64,000 bases of DNA from the NCBI RefSeq assembly GCF_902713615.1, contig NC_052157.1:2294001-2358000 (forward strand), given 5' to 3'. Below are positions 62,881-64,000 of the stretch, one piece after another (the stretch's first letter is position 1; every line of letters begins with the position of its first letter). The stretch comes from Scyliorhinus canicula. Lineage: Eukaryota. The notes beneath the pieces were generated by a model. The model did no database searches. It worked only from the letters and a program-made list of their open reading frames with translations, and was not told the DNA's origin. Both the position numbers and the translations under genes were made by a program.

Positions 62881-63220
62881 TTAGCCAGCCCCCGAGGTTA
62901 GCCAGCCCCCGAGGTGAGCCAGCCCCCGAGGTGAGCCAGCCCCCGAGGTGAGCCAGCCCCCGAGGTGAGCCAGCCCCCGAGGTGAGCCAGCCCCCGAGGT
63001 GAGCCAGCCCCCGAGGTGAGCCAGCCCCCGAGGTGAGCCAGCCCCCGAGGTGAGCCAGCCCCCGAGGTGAGCCAGCCCCCGAGGTGAGCCAGCCCCCGAG
63101 GTGAGCCAGCCCCCGAGGTGAGCCAGCCCCCGAGGTGAGCCAGCCCCCGAGGTGAGCCAGCCCCCGAGGTGAGCCAGCCCCCGAGGTGAGCCAGCCCCCG
63201 AGGTTAGCCAGCCCCCGAGG
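62881..63220. repeat. 17-bp minisatellite T(G/T)AGCCAGCCCCCGAGG, 20 copies
   Basis: Seen directly; 340 bp equals 20 x 17. Confidence 0.97.
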
Positions 63221-63573
63221 GCAACGCTCATCCTTGTCCTCCACCCCAGAGAAAAATCCGCTCGGCCTCGTTTTAGCCAGATACGCTCTCTGGACCAGCT
63301 TGAATTGAGTCAAACTTAGCCGAGCACTTGAAGGCATGTGATTCAACCTGCGAAGGACCTCGCTCTACACCCTCACCATCCAGAATGGGACTCAGTTGAC
63401 CCCTCCTCACCTCACTCAATGGAGCTGACTCCGCTTGAGTGGGTATGGTCATATATGCCAGAAATAGTCCCCCCTCCCTCCCAATCAGGCCCGGCCAAAG
63501 ATAAAATCCTCTTGAACAGGGAAGAGCGTGGTCCGAGGGAAAGCCTTGCACAAAGAATCGTGAATCTGGAAAT

Positions 63574-63760
63574 GAAAGGGAAAATGCTGGAAAATCTCAG
63601 CAAGCCTGGCAGCATCTGTAGGGAGAGAAAAGAGCTAACGTTTCGACTCGAAACGTTAGCTCTTTTCTCTCCCTACAGATGCTGCCAGACTTGCTGAGAT
63701 TTTCCAGCATTTTCCCTTTCGTTTCAGATTCCAGCATCCACAGTAATTTGCTTTTATCCA
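63574..63760. mobile_element. Penelope-type short element inserted as a head-to-head inverted repeat
   Basis: 73-bp arms (63574-63646 and 63648-63720) flanked by the 14-bp direct repeat GTGAATCTGGAAAT; same family as 6642-6779. Confidence 0.75.
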
Positions 63761-64000
63761 GTGAATCTGGAAATACCTGAAAAGACTGGGACCAGACAGT
63801 TGGAATTTCTCCACCAACTCCTTAAAACTGGCATACCTCCCCTCCACAAACAGGACTCCAAACCTCTTCAAACCCTTCCCCTCCCATGACTTAAACGTCG
63901 AGTCCAAACACACTGGCAGGAAAAGGTGGTTGTTGCAGATGGGGGCTAACAAATACAGGAACAGAGCTTAAAATGCTGCCTGAACTGCTTTCTCAGGGTG

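Larger units (their letters stand above)
62400..64000 (-). mobile_element. Decayed L1/Tx1 ORF2 C-terminus and 3' UTR, containing a minisatellite and a palindromic insert
   Basis: APICNNHLF, LFRYFQIH, ARLSLTQFKLVQRAYL and FLHLEKVKF motifs. Confidence 0.8.

Overview
Eukaryotic, repeat-rich vertebrate genomic DNA. The repeat content (V-SINE/HE1-like SINEs, a Deu-SINE, CR1, L1/Tx1, Rex-Babar and Penelope elements) points to a cartilaginous fish, probably a catshark-like shark; this is an inference. Three spliced genes were reconstructed by hand with GT-AG boundaries and consistent phases. (1) The 5' part of C15orf40 (minus strand; exons 2688-2852, 500-629, <1-66). (2) A complete 8-exon BTBD1 (minus strand; ATG 38809 to stop 16451; 481 aa once two single-base insertions in exon 1 are removed). 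(3) The first four exons of HACD3/PTPLAD1 (plus strand; 44887-61719, continuing beyond the window), head-to-head with BTBD1. Almost all other ORFs in the supplied track are retroelement fragments or low-complexity artefacts. The most notable observations are: Penelope-type elements with degenerate hammerhead-ribozyme motifs, and a related 73-bp fold-back insertion; a 1.5-kb minisatellite of about 100 GATA motifs in BTBD1 intron 1; a 17-bp repeat born from an L1 zinc knuckle that makes 17 tandem splice-donor consensus sites in a HACD3 intron; modular SINEs that swap heads and LINE-derived tails; and apparent frameshifts in BTBD1 exon 1. I found no convincing wholly new biological system. Repeat boundaries are approximate.
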